NCBI RefSeq assembly: GCF_037042905.1
Contig: NC_087251.1
Span: forward strand, 17,238,001 to 17,302,000
Source: Lytechinus pictus
Lineage: Eukaryota
Direction of reading: 5' to 3'
Length of the DNA: 64,000 bases
The position numbers and the translations under genes are program-made. Shown here piece after piece: positions 1 through 13,992 of this stretch. Below the pieces are notes generated by a model, which was given only the letters and a program-made list of their open reading frames with translations, made no database searches and was not told the origin of the DNA. Position 1 is the first letter of the stretch. Every line of letters starts with the position of its first letter.

Positions 1-304
1 GACTTTTTACATGTACATTGTGTAAAACAATTTAAGTCATATTATCATAACAATAATCATCTTCTTTCCAATGGCTAAATAATAAGATTGAAAATTTTAA
101 TAAATCACCTAGTGAATTCAGCAATAATGAATCTGTTATGTATTACACATGTAATTACAATGCAGAAAATTATTCAACTGTTTAATATTTCTAATCATTT
201 CCAGTTCCAAAGATTAAGTCTATCCCATAATTCAGTATTAACATTTTAGTCAAGAACTTATTTTTGATTTCTCTAACATTTGGTTCTATGTGTAATTTTA
301 TGCC

Positions 305-605
<301 letters not shown>

Positions 606-1550
606 ATCACCAATGTAGATAATGTTGATGGAAAATGGTAGTAAATAATTGTGGTGATAATCAAAGTGATGATAGTAGTGCTGGTAGAAGCATTGACAGA
701 AATTACCCTAACACTGCCTTCAACATTTCAAAGGTAATCACAATGTCTAAAGATAACTAGGCAAAATATTACCAACATAAACAGCCTTTTTGATATAATT
801 TGCATAGAAAACCAGAACTATTCCAAAAATGAAATTGGCATGCAGCTAGCCTCTCATGTATACTGTACAAATCCCTTCACTTGGATAAATAACATTGATA
901 TACAGTTAATATGAATCTGCTGCATGGTGAGTATACATACAAATAATGAAATCCCAGAGTATATATATATTTTTTTAAATAGTAATGTTTTTCCACAATT
1001 CAAAAGTGCACCAATGTTTAATAAACATGATTTTTGTGGCATGATCTGAAAATGGCACATGCCTCCCACCCCCCCCCCCCCTTTAGCATGAAATGGGCAC
1101 TAAGGTTAATTTTTAGTTTGAAGTGCCCACTTCTATTTTCATTGATTAAATTTTGTTTTCAATCTTGATGAATTTTCTCAACACCTTCATTGATATGATT
1201 CACTCATTTATATCAGGATGGATTGGATTCCCCCAATTAAAACAATCTGAAAAATGAAATCCACAATATGAAAAACTAATGCTATAATTCTCATAAATGA
1301 GTTCTAGGTCTAAGAGAACAGAGAGATCAATTTAAAGAAAAAAATACAAATACTTCAAACGGCTCGGAAAAAGAACAGTTTCACTTGTGACAATCATTTA
1401 TGCTGGTACTGTATAAAGTGTGCTTCAGTTTAGATTGCATATTTCTGGGACAAATAATGAATGCATGCTTTTGTCAAAGGGTGTTTGATTGATTTCTATG
1501 GTTTGAGAATTGAAATCATGGCTACTTTATAAGAAAAATAATAGTTGGAT

Positions 1551-1692
1551 TTTTAAAGCGCTTTTTGCCTGAGGACACAAATTGCTGCTATTATTACCCC
1601 GGCGATAGTCGTGCTGCCTACATGCGCTCTGGGTTGAGTGCAGCATGATGTGGGTAAATTTGTTGCTGAAGGTAAACACACCATTGCTTTTA
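1551..1692 (-). mobile_element. Degenerate tRNA-SINE body fragment
   Basis: Reverse complement contains CCTTCAGCAA...TGCTGCACTCAACCCAG, shared with the SINEs at 18155-18427 and 61614-61919. Confidence 0.6.
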
Positions 1693-3740
1693 ACTTCCAT
1701 ATAATCCATTGTCTTGCGCCACAGGAACAATCATAAATTTAGCACCTTCTGACAATGGAATAAGGTCATCATTGGATATTTCAGAATGTATTCTTTTAAG
1801 TCAAGATCTAAATCATGATCTATTAATACATAAAATCTGCATAAATCATGGTCACAATTCAAACCATCTTTGTGAATTCTGTCCCATTTCATGAGATCAT
1901 GACACTAAATGTATGGTATACCAATTCAGAATGCCTCTAAGATTGGAATCATGGCGAATAATATTATAATTTGTTCATAAATAAATAGCTAAAACATGCT
2001 GGACCCTGTACTACATGTGAAATCATAGTCCTGATGTAATTCAGAAAGTCAAGAAAACAAAGAGATCCAGTCAGAAGACACCATAACACAGTAACATACA
2101 AGTCATGAAAGGAAGGGAAAACAGAAAACAGTGAGAAGTTGCACCCACCCACACCCACCGTTCAATGATTCCAATATAACAAGAGCAAAAGAAAAAGGAA
2201 CAAATAAGAAGAAAAATAACAAAATTTAATATATCATAATTGTTACTCATTGAACATAAATATCTACTATTGATAAAACATTAAAATCATTCCTAATATT
2301 TTAATTAAATCTATAATTTGGATGTTGCACTAGGGCCTAAATAACATTTTTCCCCAAATATTCTTCCTTAATTAAACATTGACAATAGAGATTAAGCAAA
2401 CTCTTCAGGTTTATCAAACCATATATGGTTCAATGATTTGTTTTCCCTGGTTTATAGTTGTTCATTTTAAAAGTTATGTATTTATGACTTACTTCCCTGC
2501 ATTGACAATACTTCCTGCACCATTACCTGGTTGCTTCTTATTCTTTGTCATGTCCATTTCATGTACTCACTTCTTCCATTATTGATTAGTACAGTGATGT
2601 CAAATAATATGGCATAGAACTTCAGCTTTCTTTCCTGGACTATATATTCTACAGTCGGGAGTTTGCATAAATTCTCTACAAATTACAAAATACCTGCTTT
2701 CATTCATGTGTTTGTATCACATCTAGCAAAAAGAAGAGAAATCTGCTTAAAAACCTTTCGACGTAAATCCATGGATATACTAAAGAGTTTATGATGTGAA
2801 TACATGCATGGATACACTGAAGAGTTTCATTAATAATAAAATTTGACACTGACTGTAAAAGCTGCTGAAGGATAAACCCCGACCTTCATTTTCACAAGAC
2901 ACAGTGCCAAGCAGCACGCTGTTCATTATCATTCTATTTATTGGTATGAGCACGGACAGGACTGAAAGGGCCAATTTACAATCTCATTACATTGTAATTG
3001 ATATGATGTGGGCACTAATGTAGATGAACACCAGTCCCTCAGGATGGATGAAATCATGATTTCAAGTTTGATGGTGCTGGTGTTGGTGTTGCCGATATCA
3101 AGCTCATGAATAGAATGGAAATCTGATCCAACAAAATTAGCTTTTACAGAAAAGATGAGTGCAAATCATCTTGAAAGAGAATTTAATAAGCACTAAAATC
3201 GACTCTTTCAGTACCTTTAAGTGATTTCATACTTTCCATTCTATCTGATGAGATTTCAATCATATTTCTCCTTAAATCCATTTTTATCTTCAAGAATTAT
3301 AGCATGATGTGGAGACAAAAGTGCATAGGTATGATATGTCATTTGAAATCTCCAAATGTGATCTTCAGCTACAGGCCTTGCACACATGAGCTCCATGAGT
3401 ATGGTATCTTGGATAAATTATCCTGAGCAAAAAACCTGAGTGCATCTTCATTTGCAGAGTAGCCGGACAATTCACCAAATAACATCATTTTGCCCTAAAA
3501 ATATGTCCTGCATTGATTCAGGATTGCTATTTCAAGATGGAACCCAAGAAATGGCTGACATCTTTGCTACAAATAATTTTCAGATTGTCCCAATAGACTG
3601 ATAGGGATAAATTTGCAGCAGTTGCAGAAAAAGCAAGATAAATTGGGTTGATGAAAATAGGCCTACGGTCGCTAATCTGGGGAAGACCAGATAGAATGAC
3701 CGAGGACAGATGAACTGCTTTTTGCCCCCTCCAGACTTAC

Positions 3741-3890
3741 CTTCAACAGTGATGGTTGGACTTTTCTTGATTTTCTTGTTGATGATTGGCTGTGTGCCCT
3801 TAGGAGGTAAGAGGGACTGCTGGTACCGGAGAATGGTCTCATCCTCACTGTCTGATGAAGACTCTTCATTCTCATATCCAAAGCTATCAC
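3741..3890 (-). CDS. SYT14: SYT14-like coding exon 3 (150 nt)
   Basis: ttgtag|GTGATAGC...GTTGAAG|gtaagt; encodes DSFGYENEESSSDSEDETILRYQQSLLPPKGTQPIINKKIKKSPTITVE. Confidence 0.85.
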
Positions 3891-6800
3891 CTACAAGGTT
3901 GATGGATGGATGAATGAATGAATGGCAAGGTGAAAGTTAGTACAGATGAGACATATGCAGGAAAAAAAAAACATTATATGGGACATGAGGTAAAGAGAGA
4001 GTGACATTCTCACATCTTGCAATCGAATGGGACGGAGAAGAGGAAGACTGTATCATGTAAATAAGAAAGTCTTCCATTAATAATCTTGCACATGGTATCA
4101 TAACTACAAAGGAACATAAATAGACTGGTTATAAATTACAATTTCACCATTTCAATTTTTGCTATCATCCAATAAGATGGAATAGTTTCAGAAGCTTTAA
4201 ACTGGTATCGATTGCAAATTTGTTATTATAAACTACTTTATTAAAAAGGCCCCAGGTTTAGTGTGTTGTGCCATTTTGGCGCACATTGTTGGTGGACCGA
4301 CCCAGGACACTGTGCCAGTGATTTAAAATATACAGTTTAGATATCATACACAATGGGGAACACTGTTCATAAATAGGAGGCCGTTCTCATTACGCTTTCT
4401 AAAACTAATTTACTGGAAACCGATTCAGGAAACCACTTTGTAAGATCGCTTTGCTAGCGTTCCCACTTGATCACACGAAAGTGGTTTTCAAAATCACTTC
4501 ACGTAAAGCGCTATTGTTGCTATGGAAACGCTCTCAGTGGGGTGACATGTTTCGCGCGAAATTGGAAACCGCAGCATAGGCATTCTACACCTGTCGTGTG
4601 GAGTAGCGCGCTCAAAATGTGCGAAGATCGCTTCCCGAAGAATGGTTGTGTCCTCACTTACGCTAAAACCAGTTTAACGAGGCAAAGCGATCTTGAAAAC
4701 TACATCGCGAGGTGGTTTTCCAAACTGGTTTGGAAGATCGCTTCCAAGACCGCTTTGACCGTTCTCACTACGCGTTAAACTAGTTTCCACTAAACTAGTT
4801 TCCAGTAAACTAGTTTTAGGAACGTAGTGAGAACAGCCTCTATATAGGTCTGTATCAGATAGCTCACCAAGGAGGCCAAGAGCCCTATCTGGTAATGGTA
4901 TAAAAAGGGGAGATTTTTCTGTTTTTCATTTCTATAAAGCAATTACTAAAGATAATATGATAGTGCCCAAAAGGAAAACAATAAGAAACAATGACATGAC
5001 TAACATTTCTATATTTATAACCATTTTATCACCATATTTAACACTGTCATATTTACTTAAGAAACATTGCGACAGTAGTACAGCTAGAGTACAATAAGCA
5101 TTCAGAAAAGGAAAATGGCTAGCTTGATTACCGAGAATGGCTTGTTTCTCCCTTTTTTTCTTCTTCTTCTCTTCCATACATGGGCATCCTCCACAGTTGG
5201 CAAAGCAAGCAATACGATTGAGGTACATGAAGAGTAGAATGAGGAACGTTAGAAAGATGAAGATGACAAGTAAGAAGATCAGAGCTGCCAGGGGAACTAG
5301 AAAATAGAAAAACAATAAAAAAAAGTAGAATTATCATCACTCAATCAAATGAAATTTCAAATTTTGTTGTTTTGTTAATGACTGGGCCAGTGGGCCCTGC
5401 TAAACAATGATTGCATTGATAATGAAGAGCAATTGATAATAAATATCAACTGCACGATAATTTATTAAACTTAATTTTACAGGACCCTTATTCTAGAAGC
5501 AGAGTATGGTGGAGATGTGGGACAGGCAAAAAGACATGACAGGAAAGATATGAGTAAAGGAAAGATAGGTTTTAGGTTGAAGGGGGATGGGGAGTGGAAA
5601 GAAATATTCCTGAAAGAGGAAAGAATGGAAGAAGAGGGGAAGGGGGGGTATGGAACTGGAAGTGACTTACATTAAAATTCAAATAAACAGTTGAATTTAA
5701 AATTTGTTTCTTCTTAGTACTGAATTTGGTCATGTGTAATGAGGTCGCCTACTTTTGCGTTCAAAAGTCCTTATCTCACTATCACGGAGCCTTCAAAGTG
5801 CCATTGACTTGACGACTTGGCGAGATACTTTATCTTGCCATGTCCAGATATAACCTTATTATGTCGACATGGCGAGATACATTATCTCGCCAAGTCGACT
5901 TATAAAAAGTTATATGTCGACATGGCGAGATACGTTATCTCGCCAATTCGACTTATAAAAAGTTATATGTCGACATGGCGAGATACGGTATCTTGCCAAG
6001 TTGACTTATAAAACATTATATGTCAACATAGCGAGATATTTTATCTTGCCAAGTCGACTTATAAAACATTATACGTCGACATGGCAAGATATGAAGTGTC
6101 CAAGGCCTGGCGAGAGTCCAAATATCTCGCCAAGTTAACATACAACTTTTTATAAGTCGACTTGGCAAGATAAAATATCTCGCCATGTTGACATATAACT
6201 TTTTATAAGTCAACTTGGCAAGATAACGTATCTCGCCATGTCGACATATAACCTTTTATAAGTCGACTTGGCGAGATAACGTATCTCGCCATGTCAACAT
6301 ATAACTTTTTATAAGTCGACTTTGCGAGATAACGTATCTCGCCATGTCGACATAATAAGGTTATGTTGACATGGCACGATAAAGTATCTCCCCAAGTCGT
6401 CAAGTCGATGGCACTTTAAAGGCTCCTTACACTATAAAGTAAACACCCTATGATAGTAAAAGTATATATTTTCTTAAAGGAAATTGCTTGATGAACCCAA
6501 CTCAGAAATAGCATTAGGTGTAAGACTTAAGAGTTATATTGTGTTGAATAGAACAATATTAATACTTTTTAATCTCATATTAGTGGTGATAATAGTTTGT
6601 ATAGTCCCCCTATGGCCAAAATTATCACATTACTATACAGTATTGTACAGAGTCAGACCTTTCTAACAATGTATGATTTTATTGGGTTTATAGTTAAGAA
6701 ATTCTTCAAAATCAGCCAGAATTAATGCCACTTTTTTTTTTGGGGGGGATGTTAATTATTGTGTGTTATTATTGCTGTATTACCATTACATGGTGAGTAT

Positions 6801-9800
6801 ATCTGCTTTGTAAATCTGATTAAAGGTATAAACCAATTTGAAAGCAACTATGATACTCAAGATTAAAGGTATTCAAAAGAAACTATGATAGCATTAGACC
6901 AAATAATGCTTCCAAGATTCTTCACATATTGTTGGTCTGAATGTCTCAGGCCTGTGCCATATTTGACCTTTAAGATCTACAACAAAACAAAATAGCACTT
7001 TCATCCTACAGAATATTAGAAATAATTTTTTTACACCAAAGCTACATTGAAAATAAGAGTAACTGTGAAGAAAATATGTATAGGGAAGAATTGTTGTGAA
7101 ACGTGCAGAATTGTGACAATTTTTCCATTTCTTTTTCAATGTTTTTTAATCTTGTTTTTCATTTTTAAAAGACAATTACACTGCCAAAATTGTTTTTCAA
7201 TCAATTAACAGTAAAGAAGAATGTTCTAGCTTTAATTTGATACCAAATTTGTAGTTGGAAGTCCAGTTTTCACAATTTTTTTTTAGTTTTATCCAAAAAT
7301 GCATAAAACTTTGAGAATCCCCATTGACTTTGTACAGGTGACACCGCTTCCGGTACGACCCCTGGTGCTCTGTCTTTTAAGATCTATGTGTAACTCATGT
7401 TCTATGTATCCTAGAGCTAGGAAACTTTCTACATTATTAGCTAATGATTCAGCTTTAAAATTATACCAAACTTTGGTGGCATAGCTTCTTTGCTGCATTT
7501 CGAAAATAATTAAGAATAACTCTACAAATTAGCAAAAATATGTAAAAGCACCATCCTTCTTGGTGGGTGACCTCATGACACATGACCATTTGTGGGAGAA
7601 GAAAACTAATATCTAGCTTGTGTAACTTTCATGTGGTACATCGAACATTTTCAAATACACCAATAAATCAAATCATCAAGGGCCAGGTGAAAACATTATT
7701 ATAGAAGTTGAAGTGAATTTTATTAGGGAATGAGACAGTGTTTCCACTCTTCCCGAAATTCAGGAAATTTTGACTTTTTCCAGGAAAAGTTCGGGAAATG
7801 AAAAAATTCCAGGAAATTTCGGGAAATCTGAAAATTACAATTAAACGTAGGAACTATTAATATTCATGTTATATTTACATAATTTTTTACCTCCATACGT
7901 AGCTCAAAATTTTCCGCTTGCGCTCCGTGCTCGCATTTCGTAATTTTGTTCTTATTTTTAAAGAGGGCACGAACAAAAAAATGCAAAATCCCCTGATTTT
8001 GGCCACCTCGACCAAATTTACGCTCGCTGTATTATTGCCCTATTTTTTGTTTAAAATCAAAATTGAAAATTCCAGGAAATATTTACAAATTTCAGGAAAT
8101 TTGGGATTCAGTTTCGGGAAATTTATTTTGGAGCTGTGGAAACACTGGAATGAGAGAGAATTAGGATGACAGTCAAATTGAAACACTCCACAACATATAG
8201 CCTATACACAATATGCAAAATCCTGGTGTTAATTATGAATCACCACCTGGCATTAAATTTCTCTTGGTGTTAAATCAACACTACAACACCTATGTGTGTC
8301 ATTTCAAAGTACAATTTCTTGTTAATTTGGGGGTTAATTCATTCCTGGTTACAAGTTGATTTGAAATTTTAAAAACTTCTGATTCAACTACTGGATGATG
8401 GAAAAATATTGTGAACATATTAAAACCGAGGTAACTCCACTTGGTGTGGTCTGTTAGTAATACTAAGATCAGCTAGTATACTTGTACAAAAACACTGGTA
8501 GAAATGTCAAATAAACAGCAAATTTTGTCACTGTTTGGGGCTTCGCAAAAAAGGTAGACCTGTATGAAACATAATTAATCAACTATCTGAGCCCTCTTTC
8601 CATTATAAAATCTTGAATCTAACTGTTTGTCAACTACTTGTTAAACATATGAAACTTGTTATAGGGTAGGTTATCCTGACCTATGCATCTACTCTAGATA
8701 ATTTTAAAACTAAAATTCACATACTCTTAAAAAAAATACAGAACCTGATATAAACTACATGTACACAGTGATTGTGTACACACTCACAGCAAACAAAAAA
8801 GTGGAGTGCTTTATTTGAAAATATAATGTCAAACAGGAGACTTACTCTTTGCACCATCTTTGAGCATGGCATGACAGGACAAACAATTTGACAAAAAAAT
8901 ATAGTTCAATACAGATGTCTCGACACAAATTCTTGCACACAAAAAAATGATTGAACATGGATATTGTATATGCACATGAATCATGGACAATTTATGGTGA
9001 AAAAGAAAAATGAAAGCGAACTCAAACATCAGACCTGCAGCCCTTTCATGATACATTACTTACTAGAGAATATCCTAAATTCAACTGGATCCTTTTCAGC
9101 CATTTTGACCAATCAATTCAAATTAAGAAAGCAACAGAATAGCTCCTTTTGGTGGCACTTGTAAATAGCAGTAGTTTTTCAATGCCAGATTCAGTACATG
9201 TGCATGGTGTAGCGCATAAACTGAGACCAAGGCCATCAAATTATTGTGCTTATAAATATGGATGGCATTGAATATATTGTATACAGGTGTCATACAGAAA
9301 TTGTTAATATGAATGTGTGAACAAGTACACAGATAATCACAAAGCTAGTCTTTATTTAACCAATAAATGGTATTAATTTGACAAGGAACCATAGCTTTAA
9401 ATTGTTACCTCTCCAAAGATCTTTTCTTTAAAATAAATATAATGTCTCCATAAGACTATGATTCTTGCTCTATTACGTTTTCTCAATCTTAGAATATAGG
9501 CCTATTCCTATATATGATAATTTGATTTTGCCATTTTGAAATTTATCATTCTTTAATCTTTTTTATTCTTATTTTATTTTTATCTTTTTTCTCTTTTTAT
9601 TTATCATAATTTTTCATTTTTCATTTATTTATGTATTTGTTTGTTGATTTATTTAATTATTTATATATTTGGGGGGTATTCTTTGCATTTCAGGAGCTAC
9701 ATTTGTTACTGCTCATTTGGCATAAATTATAAATGCTCCTACATGTACATCTACAATAGTAAGTACATGTACTGGCATAAAGCTATTGGGCTGAACGCAT

Positions 9801-10462
9801 CATACAACTAAATACAAATTTTGCACATTCCGGCATGAAACTTGCATTTGTTTTATGAATAAAAGTAAATTTTAGCCTTTGCTCGAAATCTGGATTGTTG
9901 CATCAAAACTTGTAATTGTAAAATATAAGGCTCAATAATTGATTAATTAAAAATGAATCATTCAAAATAAAATGATCCTTTGAAATAGACAAGAAAATAC
10001 TTAAATTCACCAAGAAAAAAATTGCTTCTACCTGAACATAATGATCTACACAATGGCTATTTGCTTCTGTTGGAAAGGAGGAATGCATTCAAGATCACTC
10101 AAGAATGTGATGATATTCACATGTCTATTGCAACCAAAACAAATAGACCAGTTTGCAGTTCTTTCATGGACAGTTTTGGTCAAATGACTTTTCATTTCTT
10201 TCATTATGATAATGAATTTTAATTTGTTGTATCAGCCCATTAGTCATGAATTCATATGGTTCTAAAGACTCTACATTTGTATCCAATGTTTCATAACTTT
10301 TGTTTCATTTTTTATAGTCATGGAAAGTTTTTGAACATTTGTTGTCAAACCAAACATTCAACTTGATCCTCTGACATTTTAACATTTACAAAAAAAAGTA
10401 TACATCTAGATTTTTTTACAGGGGTTAAGTTATGAATACTCACGACCAGCTAATTCCGCCAT
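3741..10462 (-). CDS. SYT14: Synaptotagmin-14/16-like gene, N-terminal part; join(10462-10444, 5296-5132, 3890-3741); C2-domain exons lie beyond the left edge
   Basis: GT-AG phase-1 introns give MAELAGLPLAALIFLLVIFIFLTFLILLFMYLNRIACFANCGGCPCMEEKKKKKREKQAILGDSFGYENEESSSDSEDETILRYQQSLL. The N-terminal TM helix, LLFMYLN..CF.N.GG.P and SSSDSEDE..+Y match remembered human SYT14 (LLFLYINKKFCFENVGGFP; SSSESEDEALGKY). Confidence 0.85.
4377..4840. mobile_element. 464-bp MITE, PIF/Harbinger-like (3-bp TSD family)
   Basis: TIRs GAGGCCGTTCTCA...TGAGAACAGCCTC. A second copy lies inverted at 37528-37991, where the TSD is ATT; flanks here are TAG/TAT. Confidence 0.85.
5132..5296 (-). CDS. SYT14: SYT14-like coding exon 2 (165 nt, transmembrane helix)
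   Basis: ttttctag|TTCCCCTG...ATTCTCG|gtaatc; hydrophobic helix followed by a Cys cluster and a basic stretch. Confidence 0.88.
5783..6429. mobile_element. Foldback MITE built of ~53-bp internal repeats with a 6-bp TSD (IS3EU-like)
   Basis: TIRs CACGGAGCCTTCAAAGTGCCAT...ATGGCACTTTAAAGGCTCCTTA. CACTAT is duplicated at 5777-5782 and 6430-6435. The two halves are inverted arrays of CTTATAAAAAGTTATATGTCGACATGGCGAGATA. Confidence 0.8.
7736..8147. mobile_element. hAT-type MITE
   Basis: TIR CAGTGTTTCCAC...GTGGAAACACTG; perfect 8-bp TSD GAATGAGA at 7728-7735 and 8148-8155. Confidence 0.9.
10444..10462 (-). CDS. SYT14: SYT14-like coding exon 1 (MAELAG; whole exon including 5'UTR is 10622-10444)
   Basis: AAAG ATG GCG GAA TTA GCT GGT C|gtgagt; phase 1 fits the next exon; upstream acceptor aatcacag|G at 10622. 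Confidence 0.7.
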
Positions 10463-11894
10463 CTTTAATTAGTTTTCTGCTTTATCAGGCTCACAGAATT
10501 GAAAATTAGATCTATTTCAGTATTCCTTGTCCGTTTCCTTGCGAGCCTCTGTACCCAGCTTCACTTGGTAGAAATGTTCCTCATTAAATCGATCTAGGTA
10601 CAACCTCAGAAGAATACAGTTCCTGTGATTCAAAAACAGAAAAGTAAACTCAGACATCCAATCCAATCCTTTACCTCAAATACTGTGTTACCATACGAAA
10701 TACGTCAAATTTTCTAGTTTTACAAGTAGGGGAAATCATGCATACCAACAGTGCCATAGTGGCATAGTCTCAGGTAGACTCCATTGAGTTTTCTTCACTA
10801 ACCATGCATAATAATGACATGCATTAGATATGCAGATCCTCACTCTTATGTGATTACTGAATCATGACATTTGGTGTCTGAATAAAATTCCACAGGGAAT
10901 TCACCCTTGACAATCCCTCAACCAAATTATAATTCAGGTTATTTGCTGAAGGAGCCCCACTGGCTGTGGTTTCATAAACATTGCACATTGTAAAGGCAAT
11001 AACCCATTTCACAACTGCAACTATATAAATGACTACAGGCTATTGCAAGTGGAAAACACGAGTTTTAAAGAGTAAATGGATACTATGTAAAAGTTATCTG
11101 TGTTGATGAAAATATAACAAACATTGTATGGTTTTACTCCACATCACATGTACTACTCCACAATTCTGTTTGATGACAAAAGACTTCCATCTAAAGAAAA
11201 GGAAAAATGTAGGCCACTAAAAACAAGACATAAAGCTACTGAAATGAGGCAATGTGGATTTATGAGGATGAAATTAACTTTACTATTTTTTAATTTTATT
11301 TGAATAAATTTTCTATCAATGTCACATCAAGGTATACTTCCCCTTTAATACAGAATCTGATATTTCATATTTTTGCTGGTAGCAGATGAATTTCTTGCTG
11401 GCCGATTATCATAGTAAGAGAACCCACACAAGCAAAATATAATCCCACTTGTGATTTGTTATAAATACACTATTAATGTGCATACACTCTGGGCTCTTAA
11501 TAACATAATAGTACTTCAAACTTGGTTTTCTTCCTGAATATTAAGTGCATCAAGATTTGTGTTGCACGATATCGCATTTATCTGATTCGTACCTTTTTTT
11601 ATTTTATATTGCAACATTTGAAATAAAACAATAAATAGGCCTAAATGAACTGATTTGATTTGGGCAAACATTGTCATCCTTGATTGCTTTTGGAGTAAAC
11701 AATCATTCAACCATACCATTATCATTTTTTTAAATTATTTTTTATTTATTAATTTTTTTAGAGGGGGTCGGGGAGAATGTAAACATATTTCAGAAATTAA
11801 ACTTATGAATTACTGTATTCTACATGATACTTGTTCCAAGTTTTTCCATCCCCCCCCCCCCCCCTTCTTGCATTAATTGCAATTTTCATTTTTA

Positions 11895-12452
11895 TAGAGA
11901 AAAATCCAAGAAGCATAACATTGGAAATTTCATCAAAATCGGATGTAAAATAGTAAAGTTATGACATTTTAAGGTTTTGCTAAATTTCACAAAACAGTTA
12001 TATGCACATCCTGGTCGGTATGCAAATGAGGGTACTGATGACGTCACTCACTCACTTTTTCTTTTGTATTCTATTATATGAAATATCTTAATTTTCTCCT
12101 CATTGGAAGGTGAAATAAGTTTTTTTCCTCCATCAACATGGGGAATAACAATTGTTCTAACATTTTATGGTTCAATAAAACTGGTCCTGATTGTCAAATC
12201 TGTAAAAATTGAAATATTGTATGATTCAAACAATAAAAAACAAAAGAAATAGTGAGTGGAGGACATCACCAACTCTCTCATTTGCGTGTTGCCGAGTTAT
12301 GCATATAACTGTTTTGTGGAAAAAAAAGTGAAACTTTAAAATGTCATAACTTTCTTATTTTACATCAGATTTTGATGAAAATATCACCATTATTCTTGTT
12401 TGATTTTTCTCTATTGATTCAAATCAACATTTTTCTGGGGTGGACTTGACCT
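11895..12452. mobile_element. Kolobok-like (TTAA) MITE, left end truncated
   Basis: Ends GGACTTGACCT|TTAA; same family as the complete copy at 42443-43035. Confidence 0.8.
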
Positions 12453-12810
12453 TTAAAAACATGCTGGAAAAAAGCAACAAGATATTGGTTTTCCTTTAAG
12501 TTCAGTTATTTATATTCATTATTCAGTTGCAGACTTGCAGCTTTGGCAAATAGTTCAGCTTTGTTTACATTCTTGATGCTTATGTCCATTTGTCAGATTT
12601 CCATTGACTTTCAACCTGCTTCTCTACTCTCTAGTCATTCCTTTCCTTTGTGTTCATTCATTACACTCTCACATCAGAATAGGATTCGGAAAGGAATGAC
12701 TTGAGAAGCAGGTTGAAAGTCAATGGACATAAGCATCAAGAATGTAAACAAAGCTGAACTAAATACCAAAGCTACAAGTCTGCAACTGAATAAATGAAAT
12801 TGTGAATAAT

Positions 12811-13992
12811 ACCTTGGTCATATGTGCTCTACGGCGTATGGCGAGGCAAGAACAGCTGTTTTAACATTTTAGTACCAGCTACATATAGGTGGTTTGAATA
12901 ACAAGTGGAGCGCCATTGGCAGTCTCACCAGACCTGCATCACACGATTCAATATAGCAGCAGTGCTGACTTTGAAAACTACTACATGTATAACATAATTA
13001 TTCACAAAAAACACAATTCATATAATGATACAATACTATGTTCATTGACGATAAATGACATTGGACCTTGATCATGCAACCTAAGACTTGTCAGTGATAC
13101 TTGATTACCCCTATGTATCCACATTTCATAAACTATATCTATAAACTTTGAAAGTTATGACAGCAATCTAATAATTACCTCCAAAATGGCCAAAGTTCAT
13201 TGACCTTAATTGACCTTTGACTTTGGTCATGTGACCTGAAACTAGCATGAGATGTTCAGTGATACTTGATTACTCTTATGTCCAAGTTTTATGAACTAGA
13301 TCCATACACTTTCAGAGTTATGATGGATATTCAACAATTCCCCCAACATGGCCAAAGTTCATTGACCTTTGACCTTGATCATGTGACCTGAAACTCACAC
13401 AGGATGCTCAGTGATACTTGATTACTCTTATGTCCAAGTTTAATGAAATAGACCAATACACTTACAGAGTTATGTTAATTCAACAAATACCCCCAATATG
13501 GCCAAAATTCATTGACCTTAAATGACATTTGACCTTGGTCATGTGACTTGAAACTCAAACAGGATGTTCAGTAATACTTGATTACCCTTATTGCAAAGTT
13601 TCATGAACAAGGTCCATATACTTTCGAAGTTAATGACGAAATTTCAAAAACTTAACCTTAGGTTAAGATTTTGATGTTGATTCCCCCAACATGGTCTAAG
13701 TTTATTGACCTTAAAATGACCTTTGACCTTGGTCATGTGACTTGAAACTAAAAGAGGACATTCAATAATACTTAATTAACCTTATGTCCAAGTTTCATGT
13801 ACTAGGTCCATATACTTTCTAAGTTATGCTGTCATTTCAAAAACTTAACCTTCTGTTAAGATTTGATGTTGACGCCGCCGTCGGAAAAGCAGCTCCTATA
13901 GTCTCACTCTGCTATGCAGGTGAGACAAAAATGAATAAAATGGCTGTTTCCAACTCGCCGTATGGCTGCCGTACAGCAAATGTGACCGAAGT
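12811..13992. mobile_element. Small TIR element nested in the palindromic MITE
   Basis: ACCTTGGTCATATGTGCTCTACGGC...GCCGTACAGCAAATGTGACCGAAGT; itself interrupted at 12900-13930. Confidence 0.7.
12900..13930 (-). mobile_element. Helentron-associated non-autonomous element (HINE/DINE-1-like) with about five ~150-190 bp tandem repeats
   Basis: Minus strand starts TTTTGTCTCACCTGCA (subTIR) and ends GGTGAGAC-hairpin GCCAATGGC-CTTGTT; central TGACCTTTGACCTTGGTCATGTGAC repeats. Confidence 0.75.

Noticed and set aside
5800..6410. Palindromic repeats resembling CRISPR repeats
   Set aside because: No unique spacers; the array inverts at its centre and is bounded by TIRs and a TSD.
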